Assembly (NCBI GenBank): GCA_036172245.1
Contig: JAYWIR010000006.1
Span: 1,116,001-1,180,000 of the forward strand
Length of the DNA stretch: 64,000 bases
From: Raillietiella orientalis
Lineage: Eukaryota
Reading direction: 5' to 3'
Positions within the stretch are counted from its first letter, which is position 1. The number at the start of each line of letters is the position of its first letter. Made by a program: the position numbers and the translations under genes. This document shows positions 34,795 to 47,757 of this stretch, in pieces. Below the pieces are notes generated by a model. It saw only the letters and a program-made list of their open reading frames with translations, was not told the DNA's origin and searched no databases.

Positions 34795-37700
34795 GAGTTG
34801 ACATTTGGCATTGGGGCAACGAAAGACTCCCGTGTTCCCGTGATTCTGAATCAGAGAGAAGTGGCGAGTGGTCTCAACCTGTTTACGTGTCTTCGTCGTT
34901 TTGCCGGTTGCGCAATGGCAAACTGATAAGAGTTCGTGAGGAGGTGATCAGAAACGATCGGGAATGCGTTGCCCCGGAACTCAGTTCTGAATACCACCAT
35001 AAGAAGGCTTTTCTGGGGAAAAAATGCAAGCATCTCATAAATCACCGGACAACGGAGCGGATAGGAGGCACAATGGAACACTGAAGCGAAGAATACAAAT
35101 AGTGGAGCTATCCTGTGGTGCGGTTCTCGATTTTTCGTGTCCAACTGGGGGAAAGATTTTCCATCGCAAACATGGCTGATATTTTGATGAGCTTTTTAAC
35201 ATTCCGTTTCTGTTGTTCATCTTCATTAGTTGTTAGGTAACTGATTGCTCTCTTTTGCCCATTATCCACCGTCACCGTGGAGGAGTCACCTCGTAGCCAC
35301 CTCGTAGGGACGGTGCATTCCAAGAAACACTTCAAGTCCACTCGGGAATTGATGAAAACACAAGCAACAATGAATTTGGATTGTGCGTGACGCGGGATGC
35401 TGTCCCTAGCAACCGAGTGTTGCTGGGAATAGCATCATCGCAGGATGTCGCAGAGAATCGCGAGCCTTTTTCGAAAGGTGGAGATCGCACTGCTCTAGGA
35501 AAATCCCGAGTAGATAGCCACTTGTCATTTTGCAGCTACTGCGAAGTTGCAATGCAATCCATGTGATCTCAGACCGTGGCATCTTCGCTCCTGCAACGGA
35601 GGATTAGCAGCAAACCTGGGAGTCGGGCACCGAGATGTTTTTTTAAAAATAACTGTAGAAAACGATTTTGGGAGAAGCGGGTTTCGGGGATCTCTGGAAT
35701 TCCGCCGCATCGCCGATAAGAATCCTGAATCGAATCCGGGAATTTCATCTTCTGAGCTGCAGTACACAGGCAAGATACATGACCAAAATATGGTGGCGAT
35801 ATCTGTCGGGAAAAGTCTGATCCATATTTTATTACAAATTTCCTTCGCTATCTGGTTTGGAGGGACATTCCAAAAGAGTAGAGTTCGAGGCACACTCCAG
35901 CACTTTCTTGCGAAGCGGATGTTCCCTCGAACGCGTCCATGTGAGGATACATCGCATATTTTCGTACCACGTCAGTCTCTCTCTCTCATTTCCTTCAAAG
36001 TTTCATCTCTAGCGCCCGCTGGTTGATGACTTCGGATGGTTCCTTGCTGAAGTTGAAAGAGAGATATCAGGTAAGGATCGGACGAAAAGATGGGTTTTGT
36101 GGAAAGCCTGATGGGAAGTGGGAAAAAACTCTTTTGACTTTGTGGTAAAGTTGGAAAAATATTGGGAACCATTTTCGGTGCTGCAACGTTCTTTAATACG
36201 GCACCCATGAGAAGCAGTGGATACGAATCCACTGCTACTCATGCATGCGCGTGGAGGTTAATCCTCCCACCCGGACGCAGATCGAGAATGAAACAAAAAT
36301 GCACCGGAAAAAAACAAAAACAAAAAATCCAAAAAGTTAGAAGTCTCTTACAGGTTGGTGTCCTGGATTCCACGAGGGGAAACTTTATAGAGCATTCACC
36401 AGCTTGAGGTTAGGCCGGTGCATTTGCTGGAAAGGATGTTGCTGGGCATAAAATGTCCAGCTTCGGAATGAAAGGCTAACTTGGGAGTTCGCATCCATTT
36501 GTTCTTTATGGAAGCGAGGGCACTGCTTGCTATTTCGAACGTTCACCTCTCTCGATCATTTCCAGTTTCGACAAACAAACGGCAAAAGCATCTATGTAAT
36601 TTAATGAGGAAAAGTTTCACTTCTCTCCATTGAATTATGAACTTGGATTAGGCTGGAAGGCTTTTGCGATGGATTTATGAGACCGATGTCTTCCTAGCTC
36701 TTAAGCCATTTCAGCAGTGGCCGTGTAATTTGAATGTCGTAACAGCTCTTGCATCTTTTCCATTCGTTTTGATCACTGGATCGATCGGTAAGCAAGCATG
36801 CCGAGTTTCTTCTGTTCCTCGGGATTGCATTGCACTGTAATGAACGCCTGGTCTTGATCATGGCTGATGCACTGCAGAGGAAAGCAGTCGTTGAATTATC
36901 TATGGGATCCTGTACTGTAAAGGGGTTTTATTCTGAATTGCTTGCTCGCCTCTTCCATGGAAGAGGCCAAGTGCACCGTCTCCGAGAACCAGCTACGTAT
37001 TTTTCTTGGGTTCCCAACGAACTGCCCCTTCGCGTTATACTGAAGAATCGTTCTCTTCGTTCTCAACTTTGAAACAGGCTGTTGTCAGTCGTATGAGAAA
37101 ACTGAGAGTTCGGGCGGCCTTCACGTCGCTTCGTTTCTTGGATTATTTATTCGTCAGCGTTTGTCATAACGACGGCGGCGCAAAAAAAAAAAAAAAAAAG
37201 AAAGAAAGAAAGAAGAGAAAGATATGTACAAGAAGACGGATTGATGATTACGGGAATATAAGGAGGTCTCCACGGATCTGGTAGTAAATGCCAAGAAGTA
37301 GTCATGCCGGCCAAATGAAGTGAAAAGTCTCTCGATCTCTTCCAGTTGGTCAAATTTGCTTTCCGTACAAAGCATCAATCCTCAATGAGCTACTACTCTT
37401 GGGTCCAGTCTTGGCATTGCATTGGTTCGGTAGCCCAAAGTCCTCCCATGGGATGCCTCATGATTAGTCCAGTTCGCTAAGAGAGAGAAAAAAAAAAAAT
37501 GTAGATAAAACTTCCTTCGTTAATCTCTATTCCACTAATTGAAAGTTGGCACTAGGGAATTGAAGCAACTTTTTCATTGGTGAGCAAAACGACGGAGACG
37601 AAAGGTCTGTTCCGGGGAAGTTCCATTCAGATTTTCCGAATCCGTCAGTAGCAGAGAATATGGCAAAAATTCTTGAATCGAAATTTTCGAGTTTTTCTGC

Positions 37701-38709
37701 AGTGAGCTGCTGGTGCCTACAATTAATATGCTCCTTGTCAGTTCACGTCAAAGTGCAAATCGGACTTTTCAGTGCAACCGCAGACGGTTCTGGAGGGAAA
37801 TCCGATGCGAACGTCGGATTTCAGGCTGGCTGTTGCGAAAAATTCAGATGAATAAAGAGCTCAGCTTTTCAGAGGCCTTGCTCTGAAGCTGGAAACCGAA
37901 AGCGCGATTCGGTCCACCGTCTTGAACGCTGCATCCCAGTCGGTGTTCCGGAGGAGCAAATGCTTCGTGCCGCTGCTGCCACTGCTGCAACCGAAAGTCG
38001 GACCGCATCGTCTTGGCGCTAAGAATAGCGAACCGCACTTTATCTTGAAAAATCTCGAGGAAACCAGCGCCGGACGAGTCCCCAAAAGCTCAGGTTGGGC
38101 CTGGCGCCGCCATTTCGCGAAATGAATGACAGTCTTCACGAACGTGCCCGTTCTGACGCACCGTTGCCACAGCTACACGTCTTTTCGAAATGAAGACATG
38201 GCGAGCATGCGGAAATTTTCCCTGCTTGATGGATCGCTCAACACTTCCCGCAAAGCTGAGCACAATCCATCAGATGTCAGCACCTCATCGTGTACAAATC
38301 ATGCGCACGTCTCGTCTACACGCGAGTTCAATCTTTCGATCGCAGTGGATGTACGAGTGGATCTTCCACGTGTGGCAGTGCTCAAGGATCTTCGAAACTT
38401 TCCGGTTTCTTTCTTCCTTCTAACATTTGCCGAGTGACTACCTACAAATCACCGTTGTCGCGTACATTGGATCAACGCATGTACACACTTTTCCGACGTG
38501 CACGACTGAATGCCTATGCACCACTGCTTCGAAGTTTGGAAGGGGATGCGACTCGGTGGATTATGCGACTTCCGGTCCGCCAAGAAATCCCGTCCTAATC
38601 GATGTAGCGCTCTGGAGATCGATTCGCCCAATTTTTCAACTCGAGGCTCATTACGGCTCGCGTCAGAGCTGTGTGAAGTTAACTGTATAGGAGGAAATCA
38701 CTTTTCGCT

Positions 38710-38741
38710 CACACACACACACATACACACACACACACACC
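38710..38741. repeat. (CA)n microsatellite
   Basis: Read directly from the sequence; one interruption. Confidence 0.9.
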
Positions 38742-39310
38742 ATCGTTCCCGAAAAGTTTCAATTATCCGCTGGAGCGAACAGCACAGCGCTTTGTTGCAC
38801 ATGGGAAGCATCTGATGGGAAAAAAAGGCAAATCGACGGCGGATTGCATTGCACATGCAGAGGAAGGAGAGGAAAAGTGAAAGCTCAAAGGGGGAGGGGA
38901 TGACTCACTTTACCCAGTGAAGCTCGATTCAAAATGCCGCCGGAATCCCATATCAATATATTCCTCCGTGCTCTCGCCAATTCCCCTTGCTGGGGTGTGT
39001 GTGTGACTCATGGTCCCTCGTATTATGAGGGTCGCTCCACAATTTGATGCACCCTAGTTTTAAGACGCATTACAGCCATCAATTTTCCGGAAGCGTTGCA
39101 TATACATATTTTTTTTTTTTTGTGTGTGTGTGTATTCCTTCGTTCGTTCGATGTGTCCCTTGTTCTCGTAATTCATGTGAGAATCATGCTCCTCCTAGCT
39201 CACGTCACTCGCGAAATCAATTCTGGAAAAGCCTAGGGCTTCTCCCGTGGATATTTTCTCCTGTGCGTAGGCGAAGCTTCTGGAAGCGGAAGTGCTCAAC
39301 AGTGCAATGG

Positions 39311-39344
<34 letters not shown>

Positions 39345-42300
39345 GGATACGCAGGAGAAAATAAACAAAGGAGCGAAAGCTCTCTCTCTCGGAATCAGAG
39401 AGGAATTTCCCCCCTCCGATTCCCTTTCTTCGGAACTCGGGCCAGTGTCTTGAATTCCATCCTTTCTTTTTCCTTCTTCGTGTTGTGCTGCGTGTGTCTG
39501 CCTGTGTAACAGTGGGCCGTGCGCTTCCATCCACCAAGCAGCCCTTCAGAGCCCGTGGGAAGAGCCGGGCCAAATGCTAACCTCGATCCTAGATCCGCGC
39601 GTCCCGGAGAGCAGGACCACGAAGAACCGGCAGACGAACACAAAAGGCGAACGTGGAAGCCATCATCGCCCGGAATGGATGCCGCGCGTCTGGAGCTGGG
39701 CGAAAGCGCTTCCTCGTCGGAGATCGTCGCGGGGGCCGGCGGGACTAGGGTTAGGGAATGAATGGACGCGGCGACGATCAAACCGGTAGGAAACGAACGA
39801 TTCCCGTAATGGATCGAATTATCTCGGTCGTTTTGTTGAACTTGCAAATCGCGGGAAGTTCTTTCGCTCGCGACGACGGATGGGAAAAGATTGCGGATTC
39901 GCCGACGCGCCCGCTTTCCGATCAGGCGGCAGCAATTACCGGTGCCAGGAGATGTTGATCGTGGTCAGCGCTCCGGGGGGAAGAGCCGTGCGCGGTCCGA
40001 TCCACCGCCGTGATCCACGCCGCCTTTCCCGGAGGGACACACGACAAACGGTGGGGGCGACAAACGTCCGGAGTGGTAGGGAAGGAAGAACTTTCCTGGG
40101 CGGCGTTGCGGCTGCGGAGGGAAGGAAGCACGCAGTCTCGGACCCGCGCGACCTGTTTTGCCCCCGGTGGATTCGCTGGCGACCTCTCGGGTTGCTTTGC
40201 TTCCGCTCCTGGCGAGAGGCGTTTTCGCGCTCGCTCGCGGGGCTGATCGAGAGGAGACCGCGTTTCCAGGGAACGCGCGCGCGCGCTCTCAAAAAGGAGG
40301 TGGAGACCAAAGGAGTCTCAGTACCGTATCTTAATCCTCCCCTTTTCTCTTTTGTGCAACTCTCCGAGCGTTTTGAGAGAAGATTCGGGACGGAAGTTTC
40401 GATCGCACCTGCTTTCCTCCCGGGCGGACAGCGGAGCTGCGACGTCGCCTCGTTAGCGCACGCTTTTTTCGCGCTTTCGTCCCGTGCGTTTCTGCTTCAA
40501 CGAGCCTGGGATGGACCCGCGTCCGTCTGGGCGGGAGTTGGCTGTTTCGATCGGGAAGCTCTCCCTGCTTTTCTCCTCTTCCTCCTCCTTTCGTTTCCAG
40601 GACACTCCGTCCCACGAGAGCGTTTTCGAGGGTGCGAGGAAGGGAAGGAACGGGAAGCTCTTGGAGCTGCTGCTGCCTTTTCCCGGTCCTCCTCCTCTTC
40701 GTCTCAAAACATGCTTTTTTGGTTTCTGAACATGATGAGGAGGCTTTCCGCATCTTCCTCCTCTCTCAGAACTTCTTTTTTTGTCATGTTTTTTTTTTTT
40801 TTTTTTGCCTTCAGATTCCGGGAAAGTTCAGCGTGCCTCGCTTGCTCTGGGAATTTCTCGCGGCCCTTGCCCTTGCCTCTTCATCCGAGATTGTTTCCGG
40901 GTGTGTGGGAGGCTGCTCCAGCGAAGCCGCTGGAAATCTTAAAAATCGTTCGATTTTTCTTTGTTTCTTTTTTTCTTCCTTCTTCCCTCGCTCCCCTCCT
41001 GACTGGGAGCATCGCGGGGGAATTTTCCCGGGCCGCGAAGCTCCAACGAGACTTTGGCGGATCCGGAAATCATCATTCAGATGAGCTGGTGGAAAACGAT
41101 CGATGGAGAGAACACGCCGCCGTTCGCGCGCGATCGATCAGGAGTGGCCTCGCCGAACACGCGCGCGACGTCGACCCGACCCGATGAGGGGAGGTGGGCT
41201 CGGATCGATAGGTGACGGGCGGCGTGCGGGTCAGGGTGCCTGCCTGCCTCTCCCCCCCCGCCACCCTCACAAGCGCAGTCGGCTCTTCGCAGCGCGCTTG
41301 CCGAAGACGCAGATGCTCGGCGAAGAAGAGCGATGACCTAAGAGCGATACCGGCGACCACGTCCGAGGGTTTGCGGGACGCCGGGCGCTCTGTCCACGCG
41401 GTTCTGTTGTCAACCTGGACCAAGTCCGCGCCCTCCGCTTCGGAGAGCCCATCATGCAAAACTTGGGAGCAGGAGCAGGCGGTAAGGACCGGAGAAACCG
41501 CCGCAGGCACCACTGCCTTCGCATCCCGGAGGCAGAGAATGCTTCCCGAACGTCCAGCACGGGAATCGATCCCGAATGCAGGAGGGCTCAATAATGGATG
41601 GAGGCTGTCGGCAGCGACCGCGTTGAACCGGATGCGGACTACCCTTTGCTTTCTTGATGGAGGCGGCGGCGAATTGGTGCGCTCCGCGCTCCCGATGGGT
41701 CCCCCCACGGGCTGGTGTCCCTCGCCGCGACAGCAGGAAGCACACGCTCTCCGGAGGTACGAACAGCTTCCGCGGCGCGGCGCGCAGGCCGAAACAGCTG
41801 CCTCAAGTGCTGGTACGCTCGGGCGACGAAGGACGGGAGCCCGGGAGGACACTTCTGCTTCTTCCTGCGAGGGACGCCGACGCCGACGGAGAAAGGCGTC
41901 AGACCATCGTCTTTCGCAATGACCTCGTGTGCTGGCGACACAGGGAGGTTCCATTCGCGAGGGAGGTTCGGAGCAGTTTCCATGAGGCCCCATTGTTTTC
42001 CGTCGACGTTCCAGCCCACCCTCGGTGGCCCCCCTCCCCCCCACTTGTGCGTGCAGACGGCGCTGATGAAGAAAGCTCTCTCTCGCGCTTCTGGAGGACT
42101 ACGGGGACCACTCCACGGAACCACTGCCGCGATGATCTGGCTTGCAAGCACTCGGGGCAAAAAGGTCCAGTATAAACACGCTGCGGAGGTTCTCCGTGGA
42201 TACACTGCCAGCTCCCGGAGCCCGGTAGAGTTTACTTTTTAGTGCATCGATCCGGAGAAGATGTAGGAAGAGTGGATCCTCAGCCGGCACATCACGAGGA

Positions 42301-43695
42301 TCGGTCCCTCGCACGACTACAGACCAGGGACAGCAGGAACGTTCGTGCATGAAGACCGCATTCTCCCCCCCCCCCTTCCTCCGAAAAGTGTGTGTGTCGG
42401 GGGGCGGCTGTCCGGAAGCACTTCGAATGTCTCTCGAGCGATCGTGGCCTTCGGTGGACCGTTCTCTTGCGTTCACGGTCTTTCGACTGGTTGACAAAAA
42501 AACAAGTTCGCGCCGTTCCCGTCTGAACTTCAAGAGCGCATTCCGGTCCGAGGCCGAGCAAAGCCGGATCGGTGGCTGGACCCGAGGATAGAATTTGCCG
42601 GAAGTTGTTCGGGTCGCCACGTGCACCATCGACTGATTAAAAATTGGGGAAATTCCTTAGGAAAGCGGACGGGGGAAAGTGTGCTCCGGGGGGGGGGACG
42701 TGATGGCGCGACCGGTCGGTAGGGCGCGCGTTCACTTTCGTTGGCGAACACGGAGCCAGCCAGCGGAAGTTGCTGTTGTCCCGCGATACCGGTGGCTCCC
42801 GCCGAGGATTCCACCAAGCGGAGCGCTCCTGCGACCGCCGGTTTGCTTTTCTCCTAAAACCAAAAGCGGAAGGAGAGCGAAAATGGAATCAGCCGGTGGA
42901 TTCTGTCAAATTGTCGGAAAAGGAAGAAGAAGGAGGAGAGGATGGGGGGGGGGGGGGGAAGAAAAAGAGAAAAAATCGATGACGGAGGGATGGATGATTA
43001 TCGGATGTGCACGGCGCGCGCGGACCCAGAGCCGCGTCGATACCTCGTGCCTTTGCCGTTCGTCTTTGCTGAGAAAGTGGAGGATGGTGCGGATCGTCTC
43101 CATGAATATGCAATGTCCAAAAATGAGATTTATTCTGGCGCGCGGCCGTTCCGTCCGGGCGCCTCGCGCCAACAAAGAAATCACACTGTTAAAAAATGCT
43201 GATCTCGTTGAAGACGTGCGATCGGACTAAGCCTCGCGGACAAAGCGCACGGATGCATGGTGAACTGAAATTTTTCAATTAATCACCTATCGGGAGACCA
43301 TGGAGCCGCATCTTGAGGGGGCCTCCCGTTCTCCGTGAAAAATGACGGTTCGAGAGTTGAGCCGCCGAGGGAAATAAAGCGTCTCTCTTCGAGGAAGAAG
43401 TTCAGCTTCACCTGACTCTTTGGCGAGGGGAAAAAAAAAAAAAAAAATTGCTTTCCTCTTTACGGAGTGATTCCTTTTTTCCCCTTTCTGGTAACTTTTC
43501 CCTTTATTCTGACAGGGTGGAGCATGTCGGAGAAAAGGAAACGAAAGTTTCGGTGAACCGATGACGAGTGGACTCTAGAACCCTGCGATGTGAAGAGCAC
43601 GTTAGTGTTCACTTCCCTCCGTCGCCTCCATCTTTGCATCCTGGTCCATTAGTGCCATGTTTCGGCGAGCAGTGTCTTTTCTCTCTCATTGTGGC

Positions 43696-43749
43696 ACACG
43701 CACGCGCGCGCACGCACACGGATGCGTGTGCGCGCGCGCGCGTGCGTGT
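43696..43749. repeat. 25-bp inverted repeat of alternating purine-pyrimidine DNA
   Basis: Arms 43696-43720 and 43725-43749 are reverse complements with one mismatch, separated by a GATG loop. Confidence 0.85.
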
Positions 43750-44584
43750 TTTTTAATGTTCCTGTCTAAATGATCGGTGCGGCAATCCTCGGTGTGCTCA
43801 CCCAGACGCAGCAGTAGTCTCCGGTCTCCTGGACCAGCTCTCACGTCTGTGATTTCTTGGATGGGGTCGAGGAGGACAAGCAAAGGTTGTGTCCTCGGGC
43901 ACCGTCCTGCGCGTCCGCTGATGGTGGAACGATGTGGGCTGCAGCAGCATCGCCGGTGCTGTTCCGTGTCCGAATGTGCAGCATCGTCTTCCGAGTGAGA
44001 ATGATGGATCGGAGACTTCCCTGTGTGCGGTCGGACGGACTCGCCCACCTCGGGTGCGCGCTTCTTCTGCGTCCGGTCGCACCGTTGGCTGCGACGGCAT
44101 TACGGAAAACCTCTCGTCCCTTAAGCTCGCCGGTTTTCAGCCGGGCGCCATCTAGAAAGGGAAGTTTTCAAGCTGGAAACATTTATCAGCCAAATCAGTA
44201 GTCAATGAGGATTTTGCCCCTCCCCCTCCCCTCCATTAAGACTCGTGATTTTTTTTTTTTTTCATCGGGGGGAGGGGGGGGAAGGGGGGAGAATGTTCCA
44301 TAGGTGTGCGTTGACTTGTTTTCCCATTTTTTGTTTTTGTTTCTCGTTTTGGCTGCGCGCGGTTTTGCGAAGTACAGCTTTGTATACAATTTTAAGAGCT
44401 CCATGGACTCGAGCAAAAGAAGAAAAACGAAGGGGGGGGGGGGGGGGGAGAGATCCAGTTTCCTGGGCGCATGCGCAGTTTCGCGGCTCACAGTTTGTTT
44501 GAAATGCCAGCCTCATAAAAGCCAAAGATCGTGCGAATTCGAAAGAGGAAAAAATGAAAATTAGAAGCTAAAAAGGGACCAGAA

Positions 44585-44618
44585 GGAGGAGGAGGAGGAG
44601 GAGGAGGAGGAGGAGGAG
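44585..44618. repeat. (GGA)n microsatellite
   Basis: Read directly from the sequence; about 11 units. Confidence 0.9.
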
Positions 44619-47600
44619 GGGGAGGAACATGATGGCGATGGGAGCCACGAGCCGCGCCAAAGCTTTCGGAAAGGCGGAGGAGCCGCGCGCGCTCTGCCAG
44701 GCGGGACGCCAACAATGTAGCAACGTCTCGCCGCGTTGCGTGCCGCCGCCGCCGCCGGTCCGGGCGCGCTGCCTTCGCCGCGCGGTGCAGTCGCCTCCCT
44801 TCGCGCGAGCACTGCGAGAGGGCGCGCGTGTGCCGCCGCCGCCGCCGCGGACTCTCCGCCCAGCGACTCGGTGGTGCTCCTTTTCGAGTGTGCATTGTGT
44901 TCTCTTCCGAAAGGAACAGCATGGAACGGAATCCGTTGATGCATTTATGAGGAAATATCGCTGACAGGGAACGATCGCTAAGTCCATTTGTTAAAAGCTT
45001 TTGCAACACCGTTTCGGAAAAAAAAAAAAAAAAGGAGAGAGAAAAGGAAAACCCGAATCCGAAAGAAGAGTTTCGAGATCATGATTGGCGTCTGCATCCT
45101 GCGAAGAGAACAAGTTGTTGCTCCGTTACGATGCATATTTCCGAATGATGGGCTATCTCTTCCTCCGTGGTGAGCTTCCAGCATTGGCAGCCGCGGACGA
45201 TAAAAGAAAATGCGTGCACGTCTGCGTTACACTCTACGGTTGCCGGGGCTATCGCCAACGGTGACAAAGCAGATGTCATTGCCAGAGGTGTTTTGACCTG
45301 TTTCGTAGTTGGCTGCTTGTGGCATCATAACGATCTGTGCTTTTCATCAAATTTCGGAAAAGTTCTGTTTGGCCAGTTTCGACGTGATTTATGAGAAAGC
45401 GTAAGCAACGTGTGCGCCTTTCCCTTCTTTTCCTTTGCTGTTTTTGTTGTGGCCGTCGAATCAGTTGTTCAGTGATGATTGAAAATCGGATGCAGAAAAC
45501 GGCCAAAGTTGAAGTTTAATCGAATTTCCAAAGCGATCCGGCAAGTAGAGGAATTGCTACAAGGTACGAAAAGTTCATGTGTCAATTTCACTTTTTTTTT
45601 TTTTTTTTTTTCCTTCCCCCTCCCCCCCTCTTGGAGTTTAACGTTTCACAGTTCACGCAGATTGGGATGCTTTGCCGTGCCTCGCGTTGCAGGCAGCATC
45701 CGTAAGAGAGTCTTCCGTATTGCGATTTTTCCGCAGAGTAGCACTTTCGTTCCTCCAAGGTAAATTCAAACGAAACTTTCGGGCGAGCGTGCAGCTTCCC
45801 GTTACCGTGGGTTCCGGAGCGTGGCAGCCACGTCAACGAAAGAGGAGAAACACCTTTGGTTGCGGCAACTTTTTTGCGAGGAACGAATTTACTTTTGCGC
45901 CACGAATAAATGTGAATTCCGCCCGAGCTGTTTACCATCATCAACAAGAGGGTGCCAGTTCGCCTGGAGGAGGGGTTAAATGCCGTGTGTGACCGCTGCT
46001 GCGATAGCAGGCACTGCAGACGTAACGGGCAATCCTGCCCCTGCCGCTCCCGAAAGTTACTGGAAGAGCACAACCTGTTGCGAGTGCAACGAGTGAAGAT
46101 CTCCATCTCACCCAGGGCCGGCCGTCTGTGAGGCCCGGGTGCTGTGCGGTAAGCATTCGGATAAGTCACGGAGGATGCTCATTCCAAAGCTGGAGTGTCG
46201 CCTGGTGATTCCGTGGCTTACGCTCGAAACGCGTCACTCGCTGCAAGAGGAGTCCAGCGGTTTCGAGCGGGCGTTTCGAGCGCGCTGCTCGCGTCTCTCT
46301 CTGCCCCCCCCCCCCCCGCCCCCCCTCCCCCCCGCCGTTGCCTGTCCCGCCCTGCTTCCACCCGGCCGTCGTCTTCGCGGCTTTCGAAATTCGCGTACGA
46401 GCCCCGTTTGCCCGGTTGCTGCTGCTGCTGCTGCTGCTCGTCTGGCCGAGGCCGACGTCCACGCCGTCCGGAAGCAAAGGGGCGTATGAGCCGTCCGAGC
46501 CCGGTGGTTTCCTTTGCTCGTCGTCTCACCGCCACCCGTCTTTCGAGGAGGCACCCTCGCTGGAAAGTCCGCTGGTGGTGTGTGCTGCTGCTTCCGAGGT
46601 TCCGCCCAGAGAATTCTGCGCGTTTTCCATCTCGCGCTTCTTCAGACCCGCCAGGGGAACACGCGGCAGGTGAATTTCTTCCCCCCCCCGTGCTGTTTCC
46701 CAGGCGCGTGCCGCAAGATCGAATCCCATGCTTTCGGTAGAACCAGATGCGTTCAAAGCACGGGTAAGCGAGCCGAGTCTTCTCGGGAATGCTTGGGGGG
46801 TTATGTGTAAGCTTTCCGGGAAAGAACAGGGTTGTTAGATTGTGGATTCTCTCCCTCCCCCCTCTTCTTTCCTTCCTTCCTTCTTCATTGCATTCTAGTC
46901 CAGATGAATAATTCATCCGATGGCTCAAAAGATTCGGTACAAAAATCGCTCGTTTTTCGTTTACGTACGGAATACATGTTGAGGTACTTATTAATTCTCT
47001 CCGATTGCGAACGGAACTACTTATTTGAACTGTCCGTCGGCTGGCCGTCGCATCCGCGTTTATTTAATTACACGAAAGCAGCAATCATCCCGTGGTAGCC
47101 TGTCATGATGCGCAGCATCGTTCGGTTTGTCTTTTCCTTCGAAAACGTGCGTTCGTCGCTGGAAATCGTACATTCATCACGTTTAATAGCAAGGGACGTT
47201 GCGCAGTACACAATCATCACCGTGTTCCAGTCAGGTACATACGTGTCTGTTAGCATCTACGTGAGGAAATCCTCGTTTCGTATTTATGCGTTCCGAGAAA
47301 ATGCCCGGCAAGGTGAATTTCCCCGGAGTGCGATGTACCACCTTCGAAGAGGAACGGATCACGCTCGCACTCGTTGCCGCAGCGACCGTCGCGCGGGACG
47401 TGCGGGAGAACTGCGGCTAGGCCGGGGGCGTCAGCTGCGAGTGCCCGGAAAAAATGGGCACCTCCGTGGTCGGGAAGCTGGGACTCTCGTCTGCATCCGA
47501 GACTCACCCGAGTCGTGTGGACGCGGCCCATACGCCTTCCTGCGCGGCGCCATCGTCTTTCCTTTGACACATGTCATCGAATTTACGTTGGGTCGATAAT

Positions 47601-47718
47601 GATGATGATGAAGCTTATTTCTGAATCTCGAGTGAGGCAGGATGAAAAATGGAAAGCTACCACACACCCCAAAGCTCCGAAAATGAAAAACTCCCGTCTA
47701 AATCAGTCAGAAACGCAG

Positions 47719-47757
47719 ACAACAACAACAACAACGACGACGACGACGACGACGACA
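47719..47757. repeat. compound (ACA)n(ACG)n microsatellite
   Basis: Read directly from the sequence. Confidence 0.9.

Noticed and set aside
37631..37701. Possible extra plus-strand kazrin exon (cattcag|...GCA|gtgagc)
   Set aside because: The open reading starts in phase 1 and ends in phase 0, which is incompatible with the phase-1 exon at 55097; no homology.
41073..42044. Overlapping 236-323 aa ORFs with coding-like stretches
   Set aside because: No domain recognised and no phase-consistent splice to neur or kazrin.
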